This document shows, piece after piece, positions 49,521 to 62,163 of a DNA stretch of 64,000 bases. The first letter of the stretch is position 1, and each line of letters opens with the position of its first letter. The notes under the pieces are model-generated. The model was not told the origin of the DNA. It did not search any database and saw nothing but the letters and a program-made list of their open reading frames with translations. Location of the stretch: NCBI RefSeq assembly GCF_902459465.1, contig NC_047081.1:9424001-9488000 (forward strand), given 5' to 3'. The position numbers and the translations under genes are program-made. This stretch comes from Asterias rubens (lineage: Eukaryota).

Positions 49521-50259
49521 GAGATATCAGTGACCACCTATTTTTCTAACACAGTGCGCTACTGCAAAGATCACCTGATTTTGTTAATGGTGTGGACCGT
49601 CAATATATTATACCCTAAGTTACATTTAAGAGGCTCGCTGACTTTTGTATCATTAACAAAAATATATATACGACTACGGGCATAACAAAAGCCAAGTCTT
49701 CTTTGGTATCTGTGATGACAATTTTTGCCTCTTTCAAGAAAATCTAATGACGTAAAGAGATCCAAAAAATATCCTGCAACTATGAACACCCTAACAAGTC
49801 ATATACATGTGTACATGTACAAGAATATTATTTTAACTCCAATCCATTGGACACAGTACATGTACCATGGTCAGCATTAAAAAGTACGCCTAAAAGTCAC
49901 ACATGAAATAATTTTAAATCAATAAAAGTGCAAAAATGTACTGGTAAACTTGGTGTTTGGCTCGTTCAAAATATTGTATTAACATAAAAAGAATAAAAAC
50001 TAATACTCTTTAAGACATAAAAGCCACACTGGTCTGGTATCGAAAAGTTTTTGAAAGGTAAATTTGTATAGGAACCAATTAAACAATTCATATTGAACCG
50101 ATTAATGAGGAAGTTAAATTGCCGCCAAGTTTGAATGAGCTGTATGGGTGGGTATGCTTGCGTATTGCTTCGGACAGTACAACAAACTGCACAATGGTTT
50201 TCGAAACTAGTAGGTTAATCTTCGAAATGTTCGACATGTTTCCGTACCTAGCAAAGACA

Positions 50260-50603
50260 CTAATAATTAGACACGAAAATGAACAACAGTGACGTCATCA
50301 CAGCGACGACACTAGGCGCAATACAAGTCACACCATTGTCATCGTTGTCGTTGGACGACGGTGTCGCCTTCAAGGTGTTTGTACATCCCTGCCAGTTGGT
50401 TGCAACGTCACGCGGGTACCCGGCGTCAACGTCAAAGTTTCTGTCGTTATAGCGATAGTAGTCTCCGCTCGAAGTCAGGAAATAGGTTCGCGAGTTGATC
50501 CACTGTGTGGCGGCGCTCACTTGATTGCCGGGGATGTTCCAGACGCTGAGGGGACGCGGGTAACCGGTGTCGACGCGGCTGGAGAAGCGGTAGTATTCGT
50601 CAC
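50260..50603 (-). CDS. MMP-B exon 9 (hemopexin end and GPI-type signal)
   Basis: [22 protein letters not shown]...[45 protein letters not shown]. Confidence 0.95.
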
Positions 50604-53600
50604 CTGCAAGATAAACATGACAAAAATGTGTTAATATAACAAAAATAACATTCTGTTCATTTATTATAGTGCACGTTCTAATAGAATTTTGTTCAAATAT
50701 ATATGCTTGGGGAAAAAAGTATTCATAAAAATACAAGAAAATATACTATAAAACACTGGTAATGAAAGAAATTGCATTACTTTCGGTGCAGTCAGATACA
50801 TTATAAGCCCTGTATTATCTGAGTGAGAAAGTATTTCTTTCCCCAAAACTACGTTTCTTCAGATGGGGCCGTTTCTCACAATATTTTATATTGTCAACAG
50901 CTCGATCTCCATTGCTCGTTTCCAAGTAAGTTTTGTATGCCAAGTATTTGAGTACTTAAAAATTGTGTCCAGTGCCTTTAAGTTCTATACATGTATTGGC
51001 ACTTCGTTAAAACAAAGTTTGAAATGTATAGAACATATATGGCATTGTATGTAGAACAAAAGCTTTTGTAATAAACAGATATGTTTTGGTAAAATAAAAG
51101 TACCTTTGATGAAGTAAATTCTGCCGTTTCCACTCCACACAAACGCAGCATCCAGATCGTCTGGTAGCCCGACCCAATTGTCCCCAATGTCACGTGGGTA
51201 CCCTGCATCAGCTGCTTCATTGTTGAAACGCCAGTACTGACTCCCCTATGCAATCAACAACAATAATAATATTCTTTATCCCTAACGCAAATTTAACATA
51301 TATTAATAATAGTAATTGTAATAAGTAATAATTGGTAATTTTTCCAAGAGCATATTTATTACGCCATAGCGGTGTGTGAATTTCCTATTATAATTATAAC
51401 ATATTAATAAAAAGATATTTATAAAGCACCTAATTGCCATAGTGGCCTCAAAGCGCTAAATACAAAGATAAAAAAGGTTAGTAGGACTTCAAACTTTGCA
51501 TGGTGATAATACTATGTACAGAAAGTTTTGCGGTAACACCATTTACCGATAATCTCTAGCTGAATGAAATGGAATGGTTCTGAAAAGAACACTCGGAAAA
51601 AAAAGCAATTACTAAGTTACAACATAAAAAAACAAAGGGGTTTCAGAAGTGAAACATTTTAAAGGCAATTACAAAATGTGCAGGTTCAAGGCAGTTTTAA
51701 CAAATCTGAAAATTCAATACAATTCTAAATTCAATACAATTATTATTCTACATTAACAGATAGAAGAAAACATAATTTAACTCAATTATATGCAAATATT
51801 GCCTTAAAAAATAATTGGTCTTCTATTATCCAAAATTTCTTAACTCCACTCATTGTTCTAATGATTAAAATACAACACTTAATTTTGTTGGGACATGTTG
51901 ATAGACAAAAGTCTTGCTGCCACGCTGTCCCCCAAAAGTCTCTCGCTAAATCACAACACTTACCTTGAAAAAATAAGTCCTCTGATTTCGGGGGTAGTAC
52001 AGTGCAGCATCGATATCATTGGGCAGTCCGGCAAAGGTTGAAGCAATGGACTTGGGGAACCCATCTGCAATGGCGTTAGCGTTTTGCTCAACCTTCCATA
52101 CGTCAGATCCTGAAAGAGAAACCAGTAATTCAATCAACATTTATTTCCATATTGGTGAAACAAGGGAGAATACTAAACAAATTAAGGATGACTATGTTTC
52201 AGTCAAAGACAGTCAAGAGCATGTCTAGATTTTGTGTAATGAAAATGAAATGAGTTTTTGTTTGTATGTAATGGAAACGGAACTGTTTTGAAATCTCTGA
52301 CAAATTCAAAACGAAATGACAGCAAAAACACAATGCTAGCAAAAAACATCCATCTTACACTGTATGTGGTATCGAAAAGTTTTTGAATGGTAATATTTCA
52401 GAAAAAAAATTCCACCCTAAAATTTTGACCAGCCATACAGTGAATCGTGTACACATTTTTGTCCGATAGTGAAAGCCTCTATTTTAACAGTAAACACATT
52501 TAAATGGCTTTAAATCAAAATCAAATTTTGACTGATAAACAAATGTTGGGGGATGCCATCAGCGACTCGAGGAACATCTCAAAATGGAATAGGATAGTCC
52601 GTGTTTACTTCACCCACCTTCAAAGATGTATGTACTTCTATCCTGGGTTGTGGCAACAGCATCAACGTTGCCGCTGCATCCTCCTGCGCTTGGTGTGACT
52701 GGGTTGGGGGGCATGGTTGCGTCTGGTATCCCGGAGTTGACACCTGCACGGATCAATTTGAAGAGGAAAATAAATATCTTAGAATAAACCCAGAAAGTAT
52801 ATGTATACTTGTTTATGAAGGCCACTTCATGGTGTGGGCTACAGGTTTTTTCCCTAATGTGCCGTTGCCATCTTCTCATATAAGGTTGAAACAGGGTTAC
52901 CCCCTTTACAGTCCATACGGATGTTTTAGGTATCATCAATATTTTTAGATAAACTTCAAAATGTGTCAGTGAAGACTCTCAGGACTAGAACGACGAAAAG
53001 CCGTCTTTAAAGTAAAAGAAATCTCACCGTAATGGGCTTGAATGCCGGCAACATCGTCAGAATGGAGTTCAAAGTCCGGAACATATCCACGGTAGAAGGG
53101 CGCCATCAACGCCGCTTCGATGTTGGAATGCCCGAGACCCAAGCTGTGACCGAACTCGTGGGCAGCTACTTGGAAAAGATTGATTCCTGGAAGCAAAATA
53201 TAAATAGTTCAATCAGACTCAAACTCCTTAAAAAATCACTTGAATAAAAAAAAAACGGGTGAATATTAGGATTGGTCAAGTTCGAGCGAGGGACTAAAAA
53301 GGTCGACCATTTTGGGCGGTTTGTCTGGTACCCGATTGTGTGCGTAGGTCACCATGGGACATTAGCCTAAGAGAAAGACTCCGCTAGGTTCAAAACATTT
53401 TGCCGTTTCTACATTAACCTACAAGCACATTTTGTTTGGTATAAGCAGTTTGAAACAGGTAATTTTTACCTAATAAGTATTGAAGCCATCTGTCTCAAAC
53501 AGAGTGCATCTTGTTCCATTAACCTATATGAATTTCTCTCTTTATAACGGTAAGCCTACCTTGAAATGTGTTAATGGTCCATGTCTCAGCTTCGTCAAAG

Positions 53601-56600
53601 TGGGCGTCTCCATTCTCAGGGAAGTACGCATGCGCAAGGACACCGCTGGCGCCATCGAAGGGATTGCCGTCGTTATGGTTACCACTGTTGAACGTAATGA
53701 TGATGTCGGCAGCAGTGGTGCCAAAGACACGCGTGAAGGTAAGTGGAGTGACGTCAGACCAGACCTGAGTTTAAACACAAACAAGATTGAAAGTTATAAT
53801 ATATGCTTACAAATTAAATGATGAGTCGAGAGCATCGTAAAAGATTGTATCAACAAAGTTTGAAAAGGCCACCCAGAGTTAATTTCAAAGTAATCAAAAT
53901 CGAGACATTTTGTTAAAGACACTGGACACCTTTGGAAACTGTCGAAAACCAGTCTTCTCATATGCATTAAACAACAAACCTGTGAAATTTTGAGCTCAAT
54001 TATTGCTCTCCAAGGTGCGATAAAATAATGAAAGAAAAAAACCCACCACAAGTTGTGTGCTTTCAGATGCTTGAATTCGAGACGTCCCACAATTCCCCCA
54101 TTTGTGTTGCCGACATTATCAAGACTAAAGCACTCTGACCACAAAGGCCTTTGTCATTGCGCAGCCATCTTGAATTTTTACCATTGATATCTAAGTAATC
54201 AAACCGAGGCTGGAAGAACAAAATAGTCTGGTTCCTATTTGCAAATGATTATTAGTACTCAAAATTGTTATTCGATACAAGGAACATGACCAAGATGGAG
54301 ACAAGCATGATACAGGCCTGTTGAAAGGTGAGCGAGCGGTAACACTATATGCCTATCTCTAAATGAGTTAGGGGTGGTTCTGAAAAGAACCGTTGGTTTC
54401 AACTCGACGTTTCGATCAGTATGCTCTGATCGTAATCTGGAGAAACCTGACCGACTCACCTTAAAAGCTGCGGCCATAGTGTCGTCAACGTCATTTGGAT
54501 TTGCAATGTCTGGAGTTCGGCTGTCTATCCGGTAGGTTAGGTCCAACCTTGACCACCTCGATCCCAACGAGTATCTCTTCTTTCTCTTGGCGTCGAGGGA
54601 GTGGCCCATGTTGTCTGGCATACCACAACGCGGCATGTTCATTTTCGCCATTGTTGCTGCATCAAGCTCACCTGAGAAAAAGGATGACAGATTTATTAAT
54701 TATTCACCAAGTTCCAAACCAGATCATGAATTACTTTATATGCAAATAAATCAAGTGTTGAAAGTTTACCCAATCACAATGCATGTCCAATGCATGTTCC
54801 CCATAGTGATTCAACAACAAATCAACTCAATGGCAGGGTACACTTATTGTCAAAGACCATAATTAAATAATGCATAAATAAACTATTTAACAACAAGATT
54901 CATTATTGTTTAAAAGTTAGTCCAAAAAAAGTATGGAAAACACTCCCCTGAAAAGTTTTTTTTGGGAAAAGTACAATCGTTTGTGTTTTTTGCTTTAAAT
55001 GTGTTTCTCTGATTTCTGTTTTCTTATAGATGCATTTGGCACAGTTGCCATATAAATAGTGTATATTGGGGCTCAATATTGTTAAAAATCTAGGCAACAA
55101 AGAAAACGTTGACAATTGAAAACGTTTTTGCTTAATTAAAAACCAAAGGAATTCGTTTGAATGTTGCTAATTCCACATGTTTATCTGATCTGTTTGTCCC
55201 ACCCGGTCATTGACTGTGAGCTGTAGTCGCAAGCTAGACTGGTGAGAAAGATTTCCCAATAAAACAGACCCCGGCCCCCTTTAAGATATGCCATATCTTT
55301 TGTCCAGATGTAATCAAACAGATCAACGTTTCCTGCTAAAAAAACCGTAAGACAACCAAAGATAACCATACTATGGACGCGTTCGACGACCTTTTAAAAA
55401 AACTTTATTGGGAAAGTGCTGAATCAATCGATACAGTCAGAAAAGCCCACAATAACAACAACAACCAACCTAGAAATACCAGTGTCTATTTTATTTTATG
55501 TGAATGCTTGTGCTTATGGTCGCCCCATGAATACACGCAGTGAGTTAGATTCGTTGGTATTTCCATCCCATAACAAATACGTGTTAAAATTCTTGAATTG
55601 AGTCTATTCAACAATGGATTTCTATGGAAAGTAAGCCATCTGGGGCCTATACCGCTTACATAACAATATCAAAGAAGTTTCCTTTTTCCGTTTCCTTATT
55701 CTCGCAAACAATATTGTTAGAGTACTTTCCACTTCCTTTAACACATCTTACGTAACTGAATGGCCTACTAACCCCGTACCAGGCATGTATGCTTCGTTTT
55801 TGAAAGGGCAAGGGCGCCAAGGCATTTTCTCCTAAGGGTGTATGAGGATATTGTAAAATTCTACTGAAATTCAAGGGGCGAGGCAATCGCCTTCGTGGCC
55901 TCCGTGAAGTAACAGGCAGTACAACTGTAATGAACCGTAGCTTTTTTTGTGGATATAGCTGCATTTCAAAATCAGAGCTCAACATTTTCATCTTGCAATT
56001 TAGGAGAATTTGTACAATGAACAGAGATAACAAGGGAGGTTATTATGTGATCTTCAATGTTCGTATTTGCGGTAACACCATGTCATGACAATCTCTAAGA
56101 CGTGTGGTTTTCGCAGCTACACCACCAAGAAATCGACAAAGTTTAGGCGAATAAAATGGTTCGTTTTTGTACAAAGCAAAAATAAAAAAAGTAGGGCCTC
56201 TGCAGGGCCCAATTTCATAAAGCCTGTAAGCACAAATATTTGCTTAGCATGAAATTTCTTCCTGTATAAAAACAGGATTACTAACCAAATTTCCACGTGA
56301 TTTTCAGGATAAGCAAACAACAGCTGAATGCCAGCAACAAGCAACTAGCCAGAAATTTTGGTTGGTAGTTTTGCTTTTATGAAAAGGTAGAACTTCCACG
56401 CTAAGCAAATTTGTGTGCTTACAGGCTTATTGAATTTGGGCCTAGGTGATAATACAAACTGAAAAACTATACTCACATGTAACTGTTAGATTAGCCATGT
56501 CTTGGAAGTCACAGATGGCTTTATGCAAATCTGCTTCTGTGTTTACTGAGCCATCAGAGGAGGGCTGTCTAACCATGTACCCATATAAGTTTAGATACAT

Positions 56601-58960
56601 CTGCAAGAAACATAAAACGGGAAAATAATAATCATCATATCTAGTAGTTTATAGCAGTGAATGAAAATGGAAGAAAGAAGAAAACAAATCAGTTTTCAAA
56701 CGAGCCACAAAGCCTCGACCTCATGCATACACTTTCTTGTTATAGGCGGCACTGTTTGGTCTTTTTCAATGATCCTTAAAGACAATGAACACTATTGGTA
56801 ATAGTAAAGAACAGTATTCTTTCTTGGTGTAGCTCCACAAATAGGAATACAATAACAAACCTGTGAAAATGTGAGCTTGATTGGCCGTCGGAGTTTGGAG
56901 ATAAATATGAAAGAAGAAAAAACATCCTTTCAATTCCTTTCAAACCCTTACATTCCTTCAAGACGAGGAAACGAAAAATGAGACTCAACAAAACACTTCC
57001 TTTTAGGAAAAACCACCTGTGGCTGTTTTTGCTTTGGCTAAAGGGATAAGAAGATGCATACAATTTGTTTTTAATCCCCTAAGATTGACAGATGGGTCCA
57101 AATCTATGACCTTTTGTTTAGTGGCTACATAGGATGTGGGCGGACATTCTCTTGGCGTGCCATTAATGACAATACCAGTGCACATAGTTAATGCCTAAAA
57201 AAGCTAAGGAGACAGGTACATGCACTTTTGGTGAACGAAGTATATGGTCAGTCTTGTTATTTTGTTTGTTTGTTTGTTTAGATGATCTTCCCATCAAGGG
57301 AACTCGGCTAACTATCACAAGGGGATATAAACACCAAGCTGGCAACAGCCAATCTCTCTCATACAAACATTGGTTTAACATTTATGATTATGAATGAATG
57401 CGAGAGTCAAGATAACAAAGAAAGTGAAAACCTTGCAAAATCTGCAAGACGTTTTAAAACACCTTTCCTTATTTTGGATGGAATCAACTGAAACCTACAA
57501 TCCCGGCAAAAATGCTTGGGCCACCCTTTCCTGATACAACAGTTCCCTGTGCACTTCCCATTCACAACATTTGCCCGCCCCCGCCCCCCGCTCAATGATG
57601 ACTGAATTCGGAAGACAGTCGGCAAATGGAACCAACATTGAAAGGGGGCAGGGGGGCCCAACGAGATATGGCCGTATTGTAGCTATACATGTAGTGCCCA
57701 CTGGTACCAGGACACTTCGTACCTTTGCCACTTCGTACCCTGGACACTTCATACCTTTTCAAGGTACGAAAGTGACTTTGGACACTTCGTACCTTGGACA
57801 CTTCGTACCTTCTTACAAGACACTTCGTACCTTCTCACGAGTCACTTCGTACCTTCTCACGAGTCACTTCGTACCTTCTCACGAGACACTTCCTACCTTC
57901 GTACTAATTCGGGATTTCTGCATCGGTTATGATTATTTTGCGCTTTGTGATCGGATGATTTTGAAATAAAATAAAATCAAACCAACTGTTACTATTTTGT
58001 TGGGACCAAGGAGCCATTATGACGATTGCGTGATTGTTTGACATTAAAATATTAATTTGTACAAAAATATTGGCGGAAGAATGTTGTCCTCGGCGAAAAA
58101 TTAAGAAAAATGACTTTCACATATTATAACAAAAATTATAATTCATTACGTATTAATAATTTTTATCTCAACGCACATTAAATTATTGAGGAATACACAT
58201 TTTAATGAAGGTACGAAGTGACTCGGATGTGGGTACGAAATGACTCAGCTGATAGTCACTTCGTACCCCGCCCACGGTACGAAGTGACCAATTTAGTTAC
58301 GGTACGAAGTATCCCGAAGGTACGAGGTGTCCAGGGTACGAAGTGGCAAAGGTACGAAGTTATTCTAAGGTTTTTATATGATTATAAAAGCTTTCTTGAA
58401 TGTGATTTTCAGTTTACAAAAACAAAAGAATGGTTCCATTATGAGCAATACAAAACAAATAAACAATGGTGTTTTTATCTAAACCAATCTGAAACCTTTA
58501 AAATAGTTTATTCATTTATTTATCAGTTTACCTACTTTAAGACCTGAACGGTTAACATATTATATTATGGCACATTTTGAAAGATTTTTCTCTTATTTTG
58601 AACTTACAACAACAACAACAACAACAAAAACTTGTTACTTCCGAAAGAGAAGACCATTCTGGAAGTAGAATTAGAATGTTTGGTCCATATCATAGATATA
58701 CAGAAATTTAGTTTCCATTGGCACATAAAAATAAAACAATTATTAGCTAAAACAAAAAGGAACATGGTAAACGAAAAGTAACATGTTAATAAACATTGGT
58801 GTACACAGAATATCTGGCCCCAATACTGTTTTTTCTCCAATTATTTCTAGCTTTTTCTTACCATGGCTGCTGCGTCTGAGTCGACGACCACTGGTGCCGA
58901 ATGAACCACCGCGACCATACCAATCAGCAACGCCGATAAAAGAAGCGTTTTCCCCGTCAT
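50260..58960 (-). CDS. Matrix metalloproteinase with furin site and C-terminal GPI-type signal, 518 aa, 9 exons (MMP-B)
   Basis: Exons 58862-58960, 56477-56600, 54460-54671, 53560-53764, 53028-53186, 52618-52743, 51964-52109, 51104-51245 and 50260-50603 join in phase (1557 nt). Signal peptide [34 protein letters not shown]|Y furin site, [16 protein letters not shown], four hemopexin blades closed by Cys-Cys, and a terminal hydrophobic stretch with no cytoplasmic tail. Confidence 0.93.
51104..51245 (-). CDS. MMP-B exon 8 (hemopexin)
   Basis: [47 protein letters not shown]. Confidence 0.95.
51964..52109 (-). CDS. MMP-B exon 7 (hemopexin)
   Basis: [49 protein letters not shown]|GTAAGT. Confidence 0.95.
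52618..52743 (-). CDS. MMP-B exon 6 (short hinge, hemopexin start)
   Basis: [42 protein letters not shown]|GTGGGT. Confidence 0.9.
53028..53186 (-). CDS. MMP-B exon 5 (zinc-binding site)
   Basis: [52 protein letters not shown]. Confidence 0.97.
53560..53764 (-). CDS. MMP-B exon 4 (catalytic domain)
   Basis: [10 protein letters not shown]...[40 protein letters not shown]. Confidence 0.95.
54360..54446 (-). mobile_element. Hammerhead-bearing repeat copy in MMP-B intron 3
   Basis: CTC-CAGATTA-C-GATCAG-AGCATA-CTGATC-GAAA-CGTC-GAG on minus. Stems are perfect; the catalytic core is mutated. Confidence 0.6.
54460..54671 (-). CDS. MMP-B exon 3 (cysteine switch, furin site)
   Basis: [54 protein letters not shown]...AAAFK|GTGAGT. 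Confidence 0.95.
56204..56443. mobile_element. MITE (GGGCCAATTTCAT family), complete
   Basis: GGGCCCAATTTCATAAAGCCTGTAAGCAC ... GTGCTTACAGGCTTATTGAATTTGGGCC. Confidence 0.85.
56477..56600 (-). CDS. MMP-B exon 2 (prodomain)
   Basis: TTTCTTGCAG|[42 protein letters not shown]|GTGAGT. Confidence 0.9.
57714..58360. mobile_element. Foldback-type non-autonomous DNA element with 34-bp TIR and subterminal iterons
   Basis: TIR ACTTCGTACCTTTGCCACTTCGTACCCTGGACAC at 57714-57747, with its exact reverse complement at 58327-58360. Many CACTTCGTACC / GGTACGAAGTG repeats occur in each arm, with an AT-rich core. Confidence 0.8.
58862..58960 (-). CDS. MMP-B exon 1 (signal peptide)
   Basis: [33 protein letters not shown]|GTAAGA. 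Confidence 0.85.
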
Positions 58961-60444
58961 CCTTCTGCCTGTTTACACTCACTGCCGGAGTTTTGCTCAA
59001 CAATCCCGCCTTGCAAATTTATTTTTTGTTAAGTTGAGAGTCTGGGTGTTTATTAAGGTGGCTACAATGTCTTGACCAAGAGGGGTCTTGATGGGGTTTA
59101 TATACCACCTTGAGCGGAACCTGATTCGTCACAAACCTGATGACGTATTTACATTATCTGACCATTTCCTGTCCCTACTTTCAAGTTATTGGCTGAAGCT
59201 CAAATGATTTCGGCCAATGGGATACCCCCTTATCGCATTTGCTGTGACGGTGCATTGGGGGTAACATTCCCCAAATTTGGGCAAGAGGTTTGGGTCTCTC
59301 ACCTGAGGTTTGGGTATCTCACCAATGACGCACTCTGAGGTAAAGGTTTACTGTGGAAATGAAGAGGCTGAATAGTGCATGTTACGTAATGACCACCTGT
59401 ACAATGCAGTGAATGCACTGTTGGAACCATGCGAAACCTATCGCTGGAGTGTTTTCTATACATGTAATAGTGCGTTGGGGAACACAATAGATTATTTGTT
59501 ACAATGTTACAACACCCATGCTCTACCTACTCTACACAATATGAGTGACGTATGACGGTGACTAGATGGTTCAACGTGGATGTGTAACAATGTAGTTCAC
59601 AAAATCAAGTAAGAAGGTTTACGTCATGTCAGAAGAACAACACATTGTTTATGTATTTCTACTACCCCCCCCCCCCCAGCCCCAATTCAACATCAGAAAA
59701 GCACAAGGCAAACAGATTTGGCATTACATGTATGAGCTGACATACGGGATTATTATATTTTATAGTTTTATGGTTATTATAAAATCAGTGCAAAACAACT
59801 GAATCTAAATCTTTAAATATGGGCACAATTCATAGAGATTCTTAAATAAAAAAGTACTGCCCCAAAACGTTTCTAGCAGAAATGAGTAGGATACCAGTCA
59901 CAAATTGTACACATTGTTGTGGTAACTGGTTTTGCAGCTTAGCTGCTTTTTGTTCCAAGACCATTGGTGTTGCGCGGTCACACACAACCAACGTTCCAAT
60001 CTACGCGCGGCAAAAACTGAACACGGTTAATGAACGTTAGCGGGCGCTCTTTTCCCCTGATTTCTGTATCTCACCAAAAGATCCACAGACACAATACAAA
60101 TAGCGCTGTTCGTTCATTACAATCGTGTTTGCTCCCTAAAACTTTTGTCTATAACGATCCGCACTGAAGGTGCTGTTAACTCAAAAGGTTAGACTGCTGC
60201 TCACATTTTAAAGGCTTATGTTCTATTCCATTCTTGTTGCCTCTTATTTTGCCTAAGAATGCACCACAGAGCATCGCACCGGACCCGGGCCCCCAAGCCG
60301 TAAAAGGCTTCGCGTTCAGCTTTAAAGTAGGCTCCATCTTTAATAGATGTGCCACACCCAACCCCCCCCCCCCCACCTTTGAAGGCGGATTGACGCCCCT
60401 GCCGTCAGGGGAATTTGCCCCCCCCCCCATGTTTAGACCGAATA

Positions 60445-61157
60445 TTAAATGATTTTGGTACTTGATGTAACACTAAAAAAACAATGTCCACAGATTTACA
60501 TTAAACTTTGTGAAGATAACTTTAGTAGAAAGCTTATCTTAAAATATTATTTGCTGAGGTGCTGTATTTTTTTGAAAAACGAGTAAAACAGTGTCACAAA
60601 AATACCGTTAACATGCTTAAATAACTGTTCGTGACTTGCTTTCCGCATTTCTCAAAAACTACAGCTCCTCAGCAAAATAATATATTTAGGGAAGCTTTCT
60701 TCAAACTGTGTGAGTTTAATGTAAAACTGTGTGAGTTTAATGTAAATCTATGGACATTGTGTTTTTTGTGTCAAAGAAAGTACCCAGACCCTTTAAAGAT
60801 GCTATGTCAGATTTTTTGCCCCAAACATTAAAAAACAGGTTTTTTTGAGTGAATGTATTTCAAAGAGTATCACCCGCTATAACGAAAAAAACCTTTACTT
60901 TTAATGGTCAGGAACCATGGCAAAAAATTAACACGTTTCTTATAAAACACATAAGAATTGGTCACGTGATTGTCGGGATTCCGACAAAAACTAATTTTGA
61001 GCACTTTATTTCACTGCTACTAATAATTGGCGGACTTTTTCGAGCAATGGCTCAAATGAAAGCTTGTAACTTTCTCGACCCCCATCAAAATACCTATTGA
61101 ATTTTAAATCAAAATTTTGTGGTCAAATCAGCCAAAAATCTGACATAGCGTCTTTAA
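60445..61157. mobile_element. Two abutting TTAA-flanked MITEs
   Basis: A family C copy ends at TTAA 60793-60796. That TTAA is also the left TSD of an element with TIR AGATGCTATGTCAGATTTTTG / CAAAAATCTGACATAGCGTCT ending at TTAA 61154-61157. Confidence 0.8.
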
Positions 61158-61667
61158 ATGTAGTTATATGTTTATATCAAAGGTACACAATGCCGTTAAA
61201 CTTGGTATCCAGGTAAATTTGCAATTTGGAACCTTGATTTTTACTCAATAATAGACCCAAACGAAAGCCATGAAATAAGACAAATTACACACATTTGATT
61301 TATTACTTAAACAATATTTTATTTATTTTTATAAGTTTAACCCCAGGTTTATTCTTAACTGCAATTTTTCATTTTCATGCTGTTTTTATGCCGTTTTCTT
61401 CATAAAATATTTCTGGAAAAAAAACAATAAGATAAGGTACAAAAATAACCCCAAATGTCACAAAATTTGGCAACTCCAGAAACATTAGAAGGTGTTTCTA
61501 GGTTTTTTTCAAAACCCTTGAGTTTGTGTGCTAGTAATTGACAGTTCAGAAGTATACAAAATTACATTTGATAAAGAATGCATGGTAAACAAAGACTTGA
61601 AGTGTACAAATAACATAAACGCATTTAATCAACGCATTTAATAAACACATGATAAAAAAAACGACAT

Positions 61668-62075
61668 TTAAAGGCAGTGGACAATAATTATTGGTAATTA
61701 CTCAAAATAATTATTATCATAAAACCTCACTTGATTACGAGTTATGGGGAGAGGTTGGTAGTATAAAACATTGTGAGAAACGGCTCCCCCTGAAGTAATG
61801 TAGTTTTCGAGAAAGAAGTAACTTTCGTCGAATTTGATTTCGAGATCTCAGATTTAGAATGTGAGGTCTCGAAATCAAGCATCTTAAAGCACACAAGTTC
61901 GTGTGACCTAGGTGCGACATGGGTGTTTTTTCTTTCATTAATATCTCGCAGTTTCGACGACCGATTGAGCTCAAATTTTCACAGGTTTGTTATTTATGCA
62001 TAATTATTTATGTTGAGATACACCAACTGTGAAGACTAGTCTTTGACAATTACCAATAGTGTCCAGTGTCTTTAA
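61668..62075. mobile_element. Family A MITE
   Basis: Full copy with TTAA at both ends. Other partial copies lie at ~50750-50981, ~53912-54085 and ~56775-56900. Confidence 0.9.
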
Positions 62076-62163
62076 ACAATTACTTTTAAAAGCATTTCCG
62101 CAAAAAAAAAAAAAAAAATTCATCCATGATTAATTTGAAAGCAATCTAGGCGCGAAATGCAAT

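Noticed and set aside
55181-55369. Intronic ORF with a plausible acceptor in MMP-B intron 2
   Set aside because: It ends in a stop, would disrupt the prodomain, and has no homology I recognise.
57714-57930. Regularly spaced direct repeats resembling a CRISPR array
   Set aside because: Repeats are only 11 bp, spacers are short and themselves repeated, the array is mirrored as a TIR, there are no cas genes, and the context is a eukaryotic intron.
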